Source: the human T2T-CHM13v2.0 reference genome, Homo sapiens
DNA length: 64,000 nucleotides
Assembly (NCBI RefSeq): GCF_009914755.1
Contig: NC_060933.1
Strand: one strand, 5' to 3'
Shown: piece after piece, positions 15,529 through 28,166 of the stretch
Position numbering within the stretch: position 1 is the first letter of the stretch
Layout of the letters: every line of letters starts with the position of its first letter
The notes under the pieces: model-generated
The model's input: the letters and a program-made list of their open reading frames with translations, nothing else
Database searches by the model: none
What the model was told of the DNA's origin: nothing
Made by a program: the position numbers and the translations under genes

Positions 15529-17341
15529 CTGGAAACTTTAAAAGAGAACAGAAAATTATGGGGAGGGAAGCCTCACACTTCCAGCAGGGGCTCCAGATAG
15601 GCCGCCTTTAGGGATTGCAGCTGAGACCTGCAGGCTAAGAAGCAAGGTTGAGTGCAGGGATGAGGGGAGAGGAGGAGGGTCACTGGGTACAAGGAGCAGA
15701 GCAGAATCTGCACTCTGGCCCGAAAGCAGAGTGGCAGGCCAGGGCAGGCCAGGAAGCTGGGCACGCAAGGGCACTGCATCACCCTCCTGCTGCTGAAGCA
15801 CAGCTGTGTCCCAGCTTCCTGGAGGCAGCATCTCCCATGGATGTACAGGAGAGATTTCCTAGGAGACCTGACCAGGTGTTTTTCCTGAGGACGAGTCTGT
15901 ATTCCTGTTTCCCTGCATTTGTTTGCTCCTTGGCTGCTGGGCAGATGAACCCCCAGAGCAAGATCCAAAGGTGCTCTTTGTACCATTTGGATCCCCACAG
16001 TTGGAGCAGAGCCCCCTGTTTTGCAAAGATGCTGAAGTGTGTTCTCTTTGACTGTAGAAGTTTAGGAGCAAGACAGAGGCTGTCCCTCTGGGTGGACACA
16101 TGCTCCTGTACCAGAGGCTTGGCCACCATATCCCCTCTCGGAACACACTTGGTGGCCAGAGACAAAGCCCCTCTCAGTGACACCCTGGGAGGCCCGTGTC
16201 CCCAGACATGACCACAGATGGCTGACCACACTGATCAATTCGAGCAGTTTTATCATTTTGCTCACTATTGAAAGCTATAAGAGAAACCATGTATTTTGAT
16301 GCCATTTGACAAAGCTACCCATTTTGATTTGTAGAAGCCACTCTGCTCTTATAATGATGAGTGAGTCTTGGTCCTGATGCGCGTTCTATGGCTGTTCTCT
16401 TGTGTCGACATTGAATCATATGAAATTGCCATTGATATAGGTCAAAATGGCTGAATGTGGACGGTTTCCTACAATTTAACCTCACATTCTGTTTCACTTT
16501 TTCACTTATTGTATTTCAACTTCACCCACTTGCAATATATCCAGAGATCTTGCAAAATAAGAAAAATAACTTCTAAGTGAGGATCGATTATCAGGGTTTT
16601 AGTACTTACTTCCAACTGATCTGTACAGGATGTCTGTGTAAGACAAAACAGAAGTGTCTGTAAGTGTTTGTTTAGAGACTGCGAACTGTTAATGCTTTTG
16701 CCCATAGTTTACTGACATTAGTGCCTCCCTGGCCAGCAGTGGCAGTAAGGACTGGCTATATTAAGGTGGATCATAGACAAGCCCTGGGTCTTTGCTCCTG
16801 CCATGACATGTTTTGAGCTTTCCTAAGAACCCATATCAACAGCCCATTTTCAGAAAATCCAGAGCCATCGATTAGAGCGTGGAAAGGGAGAATTAAAGTT
16901 ATGTTCGTATTTCTTCTCTTAACAAGATTATGAGTCAGATGTTGACTATATCTGCAGAACATTTGCCAAGTATTTTCAGACACCTGTTTTGCTAAAATCA
17001 CAGAGTGACAGCCTCTTCGTGTTGCCTGTGGCACAGAAGCATATTGTGTGCCGCATATCTGAACCTGGGGCTAAAACACTCCCAGTTCTAATGCAAAAAG
17101 TCTCCTACTTTAGGGTGGACATGAATCACCGGGAGGTCTTGTTAAAGTGCAGATATGGGTTATTTAGGTCTACAGTAGGCCGACACTATTTTTGACAGCC
17201 TTGTGGTCACCCTGGGGTGGGGGGCACAGGGACCACGCTGTGAGCTGCAGGCCCTAGAGTTAGCCACCAGGGAGCAGCACCACTGGTACTCAGCCTGCAG
17301 AGGCCCTGCTTGTGATCAGCAATTTTTCACAAGCACATTGA

Positions 17342-17443
<102 letters not shown>

Positions 17444-17958
17444 CCGCTCCCGCACCTGTCGGTGGCTGCCTTTGATCACAGGAGCAATCACAGGAAAATG
17501 TATCCAGAGGAATTGATTGTCAGCCACCTCCCTCTGCCAGTCGGGAGAGCCAGGCTTGGATGGAACATGCCCACAACTTGTCACCCAAAGCCTGTCCCAG
17601 GACTCACCCTCCACAAAGCAAAGGCAGTCCCGGGAGAAAAGACGGATGGCAGGATCCAAGGGGCTAGCTGGATTTGTTTGTTTTCTTGTCTGTGTGATTT
17701 TCATACAGGTTATTTTTACGATCTGTTTCCAAATCCCTTTCATGTCTTTCCACTTCTCTGGGTCCCGGGGTGCATTTGTTACTCATCGGGCCCAGGGACA
17801 TTGCAGAGTGGCCTAGAGCACTCTCACCCCAAGCGGCCTTTTCCAAATGCCCAAGGATGCCTTAGCATGTGACTCCTGAAGGGAAGGCAAAGGCAGAGGA
17901 ATTTGGCTGCTTCTACGGCCATGAGACTGATCCCTGGCCACTGAAAAGCTTTCCTGAC

Positions 17959-17964
17959 AATAAA
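17959..17964 (+). terminator. Candidate proximal polyadenylation signal of SYK
   Basis: AATAAA about 515 nt after the stop codon. The A-rich tract at ~18030-18058 could also cause internal oligo-dT priming. Confidence 0.55.
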
Positions 17965-18614
17965 AATGTTTTGAGGCTTTAAAAAGAAAATCAAGTTTGA
18001 CCAGTGCAGTTTCTAAGCATGTAGCCAGTTAAGGAAAGAAAGAAAGAAAAAAAAAAAAGGCCTGGATACTGCTTTTGCTGTCTCTGTTATGAGATGGAAG
18101 ACTTACATGTTTGTGATAAAAGGGGACCATGAGAATGAATTGGCTTGGCTTACTTTCCCCCTGAAATCCTCTCTCCTGCAGACTGTCTTGAAGACCTGGT
18201 GACTGGTAAATAAAGCCCTGCATGGAGGCTGCACAGCAGGGGCAAGAGGCCCATCCCCCAGCATCTCACTGAGGACAGCTTCAGGCTGCCTTCCTCTGAA
18301 CGTGGTCCACACCTTCCTCTCCTCCACAGAGAGGGTGCCGCCAGAATCCCCTGTCGCTTTCTGTGTCTGCAATGGGGGGCAGCACAGGGATCAAAGCCAT
18401 CTAAAGAGTTTCCAAAGAAAGTATTAATTCAGAACAAGCCAAAGACCCTGAGCCTCACCACAAACAGGCCTTTTGGAGTGTGAATTTGAGTTGAAGATAC
18501 AAGATCGGAGAACGATTTTCTGGTCTTAACTAATCCTCATCTTCATGTTTGATCTTTAAGAAGTCATCACCCATTGATTTCAGTTTTGCTGTACCTCTTG
18601 AAAGTTAAAGAGAC

Positions 18615-18911
<297 letters not shown>

Positions 18912-20373
18912 TCATTCTTATGCCAGCAGATATAAATAAACTTGGACCCATCTGGTCTTCAGCTAAACCTGAGACATTTTAAAGTGCATGGACAGCCATG
19001 GACAGCAGGCCCTCCTCTAACAGGGGATGCAAGGCATGGAGAAAGACAATCAGTACCCAAGCTCAGCCACAGAAGACAGGAGTCACTCATATAACTTGTG
19101 TTTAGAAGTTTTTGGTAGCCACGCACACTTTCTGAAATCACACTATCTGGTGGTTTAATCATATTTTTAAAGACAGAATCCCTGAGTGCTGAGCAGATTC
19201 TCAAAACACATTTAGAATCCCTGAAATTAGAAAGATCAATGACAAAATATCTGTCAGCCAGGCCACAAACAGGTGTAAAATTATGAAAGGAGTGGTTGGA
19301 TGTGCCAAGTTTGGTAAAGTGGTGACTGCATCTGAGAAAGAGGCTGTGAGGCTGAACTCTTGGTGGCTTCCTTCTGTAACTTCCAGAGGGAGTCTTCAAC
19401 ACAGGCCCCGTGCTCGTAGGAATACGGTAGCACCTATGTAGGAAGTGCGTGGAGTTTTCTGTCTTCTTTCTGTGTGATTTTTGGCCTTTTTATCAGCACT
19501 TCTCCCCTCCCAGGAGCCTGGGGATGCCAAACATCCAGAATGTGATGGGACAAGATGGGGGCAGGGGCCTCACCTCCCTGCAGAGGTCCGGCCAGGTCTC
19601 CTTGTCCCTGGACAATCTCCTGAGCCTCTCTGCTTGGTGGAGCAGGCACCTGTGTGCAGAATTCCCACTGTGGCCAGCACGAGGAAGTCTTTTCTAGTGA
19701 AAATGTGTCTTGTGGTCAGGAATAATTATCCTTTCCCCTGTAGCCACCAAGGAGGGCAAATAGAGAAAGGTAACCTAATTGAAGGATTGGTCATGTGAAA
19801 AGGGCTACATTTGGGAAGCTGGGAAAGGCCTCCAGGCTTCTAGAGCAGCTAGCTTGGGCTGGATTCTCACACCCAGGCTGCCCCTTGGATTGTTCTACCC
19901 AAGCTTTTCCCTGGGGTCTGGGCTCACTCCATAAGGTAAGGTGCCTTTTACCTTATGGTCCTTCTTTAGCAGGTAACAAAGGAGCATCAGGGGCAGGCTG
20001 CCCTGGTGGCATCACACTGGCTAGTGAGGCCGTGAATATCTTGTCCCCCAGCAGGGCCGACAGTTTCTATCACAGAAAACAGTGTGTTCAGTGGTGAAAA
20101 TCGTTGCATGCATGTTTTCATCTGAGCGTGTCCTTCTCCCATACTCCCTATCAGCCAGCCCTGCCTGTAGCTGCTGTATGGTGATTGCACTTGGACATCA
20201 GTCCAATGACTGCAAGTCGGCCTGGATTTTCACTTGCAGAGGCTACAGCTGCATTGTCAGGTCTCCCAGCCCTGCAGAGAGCTCCCTCCACTGGTTAGCA
20301 GTGTGTTGTGTTTTCCATTCATTTCAGAAGAGCTACATTGTGTCACTGGACATTTTTAAAAACTGTGATTTTT

Positions 20374-20379
20374 AATAAA
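20374..20379 (+). terminator. Distal polyadenylation signal of SYK
   Basis: AATAAA preceded by T-rich sequence and followed by TTTGCTTTGTGATGATTTT (GU/U-rich downstream element). Confidence 0.75.
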
Positions 20380-20532
20380 AATTTAAAATTTGCTTTGTGA
20401 TGATTTTCATGGAAGTTATTAGGATGTGGTAAGTCACACTGTCAAATAGTGTCAAGCAGCATTGTCAAAGGGGTAGCTAAATGTTTTCTAAAACATTAAG
20501 TCCCTGCCATGTCCCAAAAAAGTGAATGTGTT

Positions 20533-20920
<388 letters not shown>

Positions 20921-21135
20921 TTATTCATGAGCAGAGCATCTACCCAGCCAGGGCCTGACAGCCCATGGCCTGCCTAATAAAAGACAGACTGAGGAGACCC
21001 AGAAATCCCCCATCAGGCCAAAGCAGGGCTGTGGGTTTTGAGCTATCCCTTTCTCTATGAAGACAGCCTAAAAGGAACTGCGGTAGGCAAAGAAAGGATT
21101 CCAGAGCCCCAATTTCTGCCTGTTCTAAGGAGGTT

Positions 21136-21635
21136 ACACACATGCGCAGACATGCACACATATACATCCACATGCACACATGCATTCACACATGCACAGA
21201 AGGCGTGCACACGTGTACATATGCACACATGCATATATGTCAGTGCATACATGTATATGCACACATGTACATACACATGTGCATGGGCACAAATGCATGC
21301 ATTTACATGAACACATGCATCCACACACATAAGCACATGCACAAATGTACACATGCATTCACACATGTGCACACATGTGCATACATGTACATACACCTGT
21401 ACCCACATGCACACATATACATACACATATGCAGAGACGGGCACACATACATACACATGCACACAAATACACAGAACATGCATGCACCACACAGTACACA
21501 TATACACATACCAAACACATACCACATACACCTTCACACACCACACACATACATACACTGCACATACACATACTATGCCATACACACACACCACGCAAGC
21601 ACACACACACAAAACGCACACACCACCGCACATAC
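21136..21635. repeat. Degenerate (CA/TG/TA)-rich simple repeat
   Basis: Directly visible low-complexity tract. Confidence 0.9.
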
Positions 21636-23125
21636 TGAACCTTACTCCAAATAACCACTTTAAAATCCATGTGAGGCAGTGGTCCTGCAGTGGACACACC
21701 CTCGTGTCTGTATCCATCTTCATTACCACCCTCTCTGGTGTCAAGCACTAAGGGACTCTCCTCACAATCTTCCATCCTAGCCTCCCCTGGGTCCCCTCTG
21801 CTCTTGCCAAGCCAAGTTAGGTTTGGAGGAAACAATTAAGTTGGCTGGGCCAAGGCTCCCTGGGTCAGCTGGGAGATGGGAAGGACACAGACTGCCCAGT
21901 AGCCCAGTGGCCTGCGGGGGGCTGCTCCAAATACAGTGGGGTGGTGAAGAGCCCTGAAGTCAGAGAAGAACACAACACACAAGAGACCACTGGGCTCCAG
22001 CACTGACCTTAGGCATGTCCTATAAATTGAACCCCTGAGCACCACAATTTCAGCTGAGGGTGCCTATGCTGACACATGTAAGTGCCAGCACAGTGGCCTT
22101 ATTCTAAAAATGTCAGCAGATGCCATGGTCTGTGCTGTTCATGCCAGTGGCCATCTGCTGGGAGGAATGCTGCAGGCAGCAGACGGCGCAGGCCCTAGGA
22201 CGGCTCTGGAAATAAGCACTGGCCTTTGGCTTCAACCCCAGGGAGGGAAAAACTCTTGTGATAATGTATCACTGCACTGCAGTGAGATGGCTTTACCACT
22301 AGCCTGAGCTGCAGCAGAGAAGTGGTTTAAGACCCCCGGGCTTGTCCTTCGGAGATGAGGAGGGGACTTTAGAACTGGTAGATAAATATATTCTCATTTT
22401 AGGGAGGAAGGGAGCACTTTGAAAAAGGCAGATTTTGGTTTTTAAATTATGTTTTAGTTTGTGATAAACAATGCCGTGTCTCTTTTCCTCTCTTGGTTAC
22501 TCGCTGGTGGTCTCAGGGTGGAAATTCATCCCTGCTTCTGGGCAAGCAACCCTACCGAATTATTACCTCCTCTCTGGTGTTAGGCTGCAACAGGGACCAA
22601 CACCTCTGTGCTGTGGGACCTCCCACCCCCTCCTGCTCCATGCTCTGTCTCCTGTGGCCTGACATTTCCAAAGAGCATCCCCAAAAAAGGCATTTCACAA
22701 AGTGTCTTCCGGGATATGAGTCTGGAAGGTGGAGACACGCTCTACAGCACGCAGTTTCCCTAATTAACTAACTTAGAAAACATGGCCAAGTACATTCACA
22801 GTGCACATTAATCTACTAATAGCTCCAAAGAGCACTGCAACCAAGATCTTTTCATGGAGCTTTTCTAGCTCAACATTCTCCTGACTTCTTTTGCCACTAC
22901 CACTAGGTGCTCAATACCTATTAGCATGATAGAGTGCTGTTCCCCCCACACTCACTGGGAAATGTGCTTAAGGAGAATTAGGGAGGCATCTCTAAAGGGC
23001 AATGGTCATTTGGTCCAACCCTGAAATCACACCAAGGAAGCAGGTATCTGTGTTCTTATTAACTGGAAAGCCAGCCCTGTCCTGTCAGTTCTCAAAGGTT
23101 AATTTACACATGATATGTTCTTTCA

Positions 23126-23159
23126 CTCTCTCTCTCTCAGATACATACACACACACACA

Positions 23160-23208
<49 letters not shown>

Positions 23209-23210
23209 TC
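23126..23210. repeat. Compound (TC)n(CA)n(TC)n microsatellite
   Basis: Directly visible, about 70 bp upstream of the proviral LTR. Confidence 0.92.
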
Positions 23211-23281
23211 CAGGGCATATAGATTCAATCTTTCCTCCAAAGAAAAAGAAGAAACGATGACAGCACTTTGGTATAGAAAGG

Positions 23282-24243
23282 TGTGGGCAGCAAGACACCC
23301 AGGTGCCGAGGCAAGAGACTGAAGGCACAAGCTGTTCCAGTATAATAAAGAAAATAATAAGAATAAGAATAGTTATACTAGAAATAGAATATAGATATGA
23401 TTATATATGAATATTATTAATCATTAGTTTGTAGAATTACTCTTTGTTCTGTTATTATAATAATCCCTATTCTAGAATTATAACCTAGGAATAACCAGGC
23501 CATACGGAGTTAGGAGCTGAAGGGACACGATGAGAAGTGACCAGAAGGTAAGAGTGTGAGCCCTCTGTCACGCCCAGATAAGCGCAACTAGAGGACTCCT
23601 TGGTCTAGTGGTAACGCCAGTGCCTGGGAAGGCACCTGTTACTTAAGCGGGAAAGGGAATCTCCTTTTCCCTGGAGGAATTAGAGAACACTCTGCTCCAC
23701 CACTTCTTGTGGGAGTCCTGACATTAGCCAGGCCCACACACAGCCATTCAGAAGCTTGAACGTCTCCCAGTGATGCTGTGCTTCAGCAGTCACGCTCCTG
23801 GTCCACTTTCATGTTCCGCTCTGTACCTCTGGCTCCTCCTTCTAGATAACAGTAGCAGAATTAGTGAAAGTATTAAAGTCTTTGATCTTTCTGTTAAGTG
23901 CTTAGAAGAAATGATGACGTATGATGTATGCTGTCCTCTCTCTCTCTGCCTCGGCTGCCATAAAGGGAAAGGCCCCCTGTATGGTGGACACGTGACTCGT
24001 GTGACCTTATCAATCACTGGAGATGACTCACACTTCTTGCCCTGCCCCCTTGCCATATATACAATAAATAGCAGCATGGCCAAGCATTCAGGGCTACTAC
24101 CAGTCTCCGCATCTTGGTGGTAGTTGTCCCCCGGGCCCAGCTGTTTTTTCTTCTATCTCTTTGTCTTGTGTCTTTATTTCTACAATCTCTTGTCTCTGCA
24201 CATGAAGAGAAAACCCACAAGCCCTGTAGGGCTGGACACTACA
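23282..24243 (+). mobile_element. 5' LTR (LTR13-type, 962 bp)
   Basis: Starts TGTGGGCAGCAAGACACCCAGG and ends GCCCTGTAGGGCTGGACACTACA; AATAAA at 24063-24068; E-box CACGTG at 23989-23994. Confidence 0.85.
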
Positions 24244-24245
24244 TC

Positions 24246-24261
24246 TGGCGCCCAACGAGGG
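24246..24261 (+). promoter_or_regulatory. Primer-binding site, tRNA-Lys(CUU)-like
   Basis: TGGCGCCCAACGAGGG, 2 nt after the LTR end; compare the Lys1,2 PBS TGGCGCCCAACGTGGG. Confidence 0.85.
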
Positions 24262-24391
24262 TTTCTCTTTCATTATGTGAAGGCGCGCTTCGAGCATGGA
24301 ACACAGTGGAGAGCATCAATGACAGATTCCTGAGAACTGCAGTCAATACGCTTGGTGGTAGGCTTGGGCACTCAGAGTATCCCCGGACACC

Positions 24392-26830
24392 ATGGGACAG
24401 GCCAGTACTAAGTACTCGGCTTATTTAAACTTTATAAAAACTCTCCTTAAAGAAGGAGGTGTAAAAGTCTCTACTGATAAGTTAATTGCAGTGTTTGAGG
24501 TCATAGATCTCCTCTGCCCTTGGTTTCCTACTGACGGAACTTTAGAACTCAAAGATTGGGATGAGATTGGCCAACAATTCAAAATTGCTCATAAAGGGGG
24601 AAATATTCCTCCCACCATTTGGTCAATCTGGGCTTTGGTTCACTCTGTTCTAGAGTCCTTGCAGACTCAGGAGAACAACATGGAGACTGACCCCTGTTTC
24701 CTGTCCTCTGAGGAGGTTGAGGAAGTCCTCAGTTCTCTTTCCCCTGAGGAAACTGCACAGATTGAGGCCGTCATTTTACAGATGAACCTCCATTCTGACA
24801 TTCCTTTGACCCTGCCACCTACACCAGAGCCTACCGCGCCCCCATTATCACTTTATGATGAACTTTTACATGATTTAAATAATCTCATTTCCCCAAACCA
24901 GAGAAATCCAACCGAAATACATTCTCAACAGCTGTTGTAACTGGACCCTCCTGTCTTTCCTCAGACCTGCTGTAGGGCCCCCGACCTTCCATCTGCGCAG
25001 CCCGAATCTGGCTCTAAACTACCTTTCTATGGAGCCCGGTAATGAGGCTCTCAACTCTGTCCCTGTTCAGCCCTGCTGTAGGGCCCTCAAACTTCCACCT
25101 GTTCAGCCCGGTAATGAGGCTCTCAACTCTGTCCCTGTTCAGCCCTGCTGCAGGGCCCTCAACTTTCCATCTATTCGGCCTGGCAATGAGGCCCTCAAAC
25201 CTGTCCCTCTGCAGCCTGATTATCCATCTCTCACTTTTGTTTCTCCTTCAGCAAATCAGGCTCCCTTGAAGCCTCAGGGTCCCTTGAAGCCTGTCCCGCA
25301 GTTACCACTGCAGCCTGGACCTCAGGCCCCTGAAGGACCTGCCCAGCAGGTAATCTCACCTCAACCTGGCTTATAGGTTCTCAATTCTTCCTCCGTTCAA
25401 AATCCTAACTTCGTTTCTCCTTCTGGTCTGGTCACTACTGCCGCTCATAAGCAACAAGTTACATACATCCCTCAAGATGATACTCCTCTTATGAGAGCCA
25501 TCACTCAGGCCAGAGAATATGGGGCTCCTGAGGCCTGGCAATTTCCTGTAATTTTACAACCTCCTATACCTGCCGTCCCTGCAGCACAAAATCAGCCACA
25601 GCCCGCTGACCCTGCTCAGCAGGAGGCTGACCCCGCGGCTCCTCAAGATCTACAGCCTGAGAATCAGGTCCCTCAGCCTGAGAATCAGGCTCCTCAGGCA
25701 AATAATCAGCCCCCACAACTGCCTGCTGCTGTGGCACAGCCAGTTCCAGGTATACATCCAAGCAGCAGTCCAACCAGATCCTATTCATCCAGGCCAGGTT
25801 TGGCTACGCCCTGCTACTTGGGAAAGTTTTTCTTTTAAATTCCTCAAAGATTTCAAAGCATCAGTGAAGCAGTACGGCACCAACTCCCCGTTTGTTCATT
25901 CCACATTAAAGGCCCTAGCAGAAGGTAAACGTTTGGTGCCCTATGACTGGAAAATTCTAGCAAAGTCAGTCTTATTTAAATCCCAATATTTACAATTCAG
26001 GACTTGGTGGGTTAATGCTGTCCAGGAATGCATTCATCTTAATCAGGTCTCTAATCCTCCTGTTAATGTTACGGCTGACCAGTTACTGGGAATGGGACTA
26101 TGGGATGGAATTCGAAACCAAGCTATACTAAATGATGAGGTTATTGAACAATTATGAAAATGTTGCCTAGATGCTTGGGATAACATTCAGAATGATGGTA
26201 AAATATGTCCATCTTTTACGGCTGTTACACAGGGACAGCAGGAACCCTATCCAGACTTTATTGCCCATCTTCAAGATGCGACAGAGAAAACCATCCCTGA
26301 TAGCCACGGCCAACGACTTGTTGTAGAACTTAAGGCTTATGAACAAACAAATGCAGACTGCCAAGTGGCTATTCGCCCCATTAAAGGCAAAATTCCACCA
26401 GGAGGTGATATACTCTTCTACATTAAAGCCTGTGAAGGCGTGGGGGAACTCTACATACAGCAATGGTCCTGGCACAAGCCATGGCCACTATTAGAATGCC
26501 TGGACGATTCTCTGGCAAATGCTTTCAATGCGGCCAATCAGGGCATTGTAGAAAAAATTGTCCTCGGCTTTCAGGCTGCCATTCTTTTCAATGCCAACAA
26601 CAAAACCCTATACAGCAACAAATCTTGCCCTCCAGTCTGTGCCCACGATGCCGTAAGGGAAATCACTGGGCTGCTCAGTGCCGCGCAAAATTTGACATTG
26701 ATGGTAACCCTTTAAAGCCATTCAGCAACTAGGGAAATGGAAAGAGGGGCCAGCCCCAGGCCCCTCCAAACAATGGGGAATTCCTCAACTCACAGCCTTT
26801 GGCAGCCAGCCAGATGAGCACTTTCCCAGC
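24392..26830 (+). pseudogene. gag: HERV-K gag, disabled (MA, p15-like, CA, NC)
   Basis: MGQASTKYSAYL..CPWFP..GTL..DW (MA), PTAP, QYGTNSPF..LVPYDW (CA), QGQQEPYPDFIAHL (MHR, ~26230), and two CCHC knuckles CFQCGQSGHCRKNC and CPRCRKGNHWAAQC. Several stops and frameshifts; 3' end approximate. Confidence 0.92.
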
Positions 26831-26923
26831 CCAATCCATTCAACCTGCCCCCCAGTTCCCACTTCAGCCATTTGTACCACAGGATCTAACGACTCAGTCC
26901 CAACACAAATCTCAGTACAATGC

Positions 26924-27300
26924 TTGTCCCCTGCCACCACAGGCTCAGCCACTGTAGATCTCTGCTGCACTCGAGATATTTCTCTCTTACCCGGAGAGCC
27001 ACCTATTGCTGTTTCCACAGGTGTGTTTGGCCGTTTGCCACCTGGCACTGTCAGCTTGCTTCTTGGTCGCTCAAGCCTAAATTTAAAAGGTGTTCAAGTA
27101 CATACTGGTGTAATCGACTCTGATTATTCAGGTGAAATTCACATTGTCATTAGCTCTGCAGTATCTTGGTATGCAGCAGCAGGAGACAGCATTGCTCAAC
27201 TTCTTATACTCCGTTACATTCCACTAGGATCTAGTTCTTGTAAGAGAACCAGAGGTTTCAGAAGCACAGACTTTCAGGGCAAAACAGCCTATTGGGCCAG
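26924..27300 (+). pseudogene. Betaretroviral dUTPase domain (N-terminal part of pro)
   Basis: ATTGSATVDL, LLLGRSS, GVIDSDYSGEI, IAQLL and RTRGFRST correspond to dUTPase motifs 1-5. Confidence 0.9.
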
Positions 27301-27767
27301 CAAGATTTCTGATACTCGTCCTGTGTGCTCCATGCATACATATTCAAGGAAGGAAGTTTGAGGGAATGATTGACACGGGTGCTGATATCACCATTATAGC
27401 CTCATATCAATAGCCTAGACACTGGCCCAAAGAATATGCATCCACAGCTTTAGTTGGTGTTGGTCAGGCTTCAGAGGTTTATGAAAATTCCACTATTTTA
27501 CACTGTACGGGCCCAGAGGGACAGACTGGTACTGTTCACCCCCTCATTACGCCTATTCCAGTTAATCTTTGGGGAAGAGATCTTTTACAACAATGGAGGA
27601 CACAGATTTCTTTCCCACAAGGTAATTACAGCTAACAAAGTAAAGACATTATGGCAAAAATGGGATTTGTTCAAGGTATGGTTCTGGAAAAATCAGCACA
27701 AGGTATTACTGATACTATTATAACTACTCATAAATCTGATTCAACAGGACTTGGTTGTTCTTTTTAG
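27301..27767 (+). pseudogene. pro: Retroviral aspartic protease and G-patch, disabled
   Basis: FEGMIDTGADITII (GAC ACG GGT at 27372-27380), NLWGRDLL (~27564) and IMAKMGFVQGMVL.KSAQGI; in-frame stops present. Confidence 0.9.
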
Positions 27768-28135
27768 AAGCAGTCACTATCAAGCCTCCAGATCCCATCC
27801 CCTTAACTTGGAAAACTCAGAAACCGGTTTGGGTAGATCAGTGGCTGCTCCCTAAAAATAAGCTGGCGGCACTCCATATTTTGGTCCTTGAACAATTAAA
27901 ATTGGGACACATAAAGCAATCTTTTTCTCCTTGGAATTCACCTGTTTTTGTTATTCAAAAGAAATCTGGTAAGTGGAAAATGCTTACTGATCTTAGGGCA
28001 GTAAATGCTGTCCTTCAACGTATGGCAACCCAACTTGCCATCCCCCACTATGATTCCTGAGTATTGGCCATTTATCATCATTGATCTTAAAACTGTTTCT
28101 TAAATATTCCTCTGGCCCCCTCAGGACTTTAAAAA
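27760..28135 (+). pseudogene. pol: Reverse transcriptase N-terminus, truncated
   Basis: [45 protein letters not shown], then IIDLK..IPL..QDF with frameshifts; ends abruptly at an A-run. Confidence 0.92.
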
Positions 28136-28166
28136 ATCCACAGGCCCTGTAGGGCTGGACCCTACA
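28133..28166 (+). mobile_element. 3' LTR stub (terminal ~34 bp of U5 only)
   Basis: aaaatccacaggccctgtagggctggaccctaca matches the 5' LTR end aaaacccacaagccctgtagggctggacactaca and is followed by the TSD. Confidence 0.9.

Larger units (their letters stand above)
23282..28166 (+). mobile_element. Internally deleted HERV-K-class provirus (LTR13/HERVK13-type, HML-4)
   Basis: TG..CA ends, 6-bp TSD gaaagg/gaaggg, PBS, and betaretroviral order gag-dUTPase-pro-G-patch-RT. The subgroup call rests on the recalled LTR13 start TGTGGGCGGCAAGCCACCCAGGTGCCGAGGCAAGAGAC. Confidence 0.85.

Noticed and set aside
21038-21835. His/Thr- and Cys/Val-rich ORFs (also at 29686-30337 and 42150-43367)
   Set aside because: They are translations of simple repeats.
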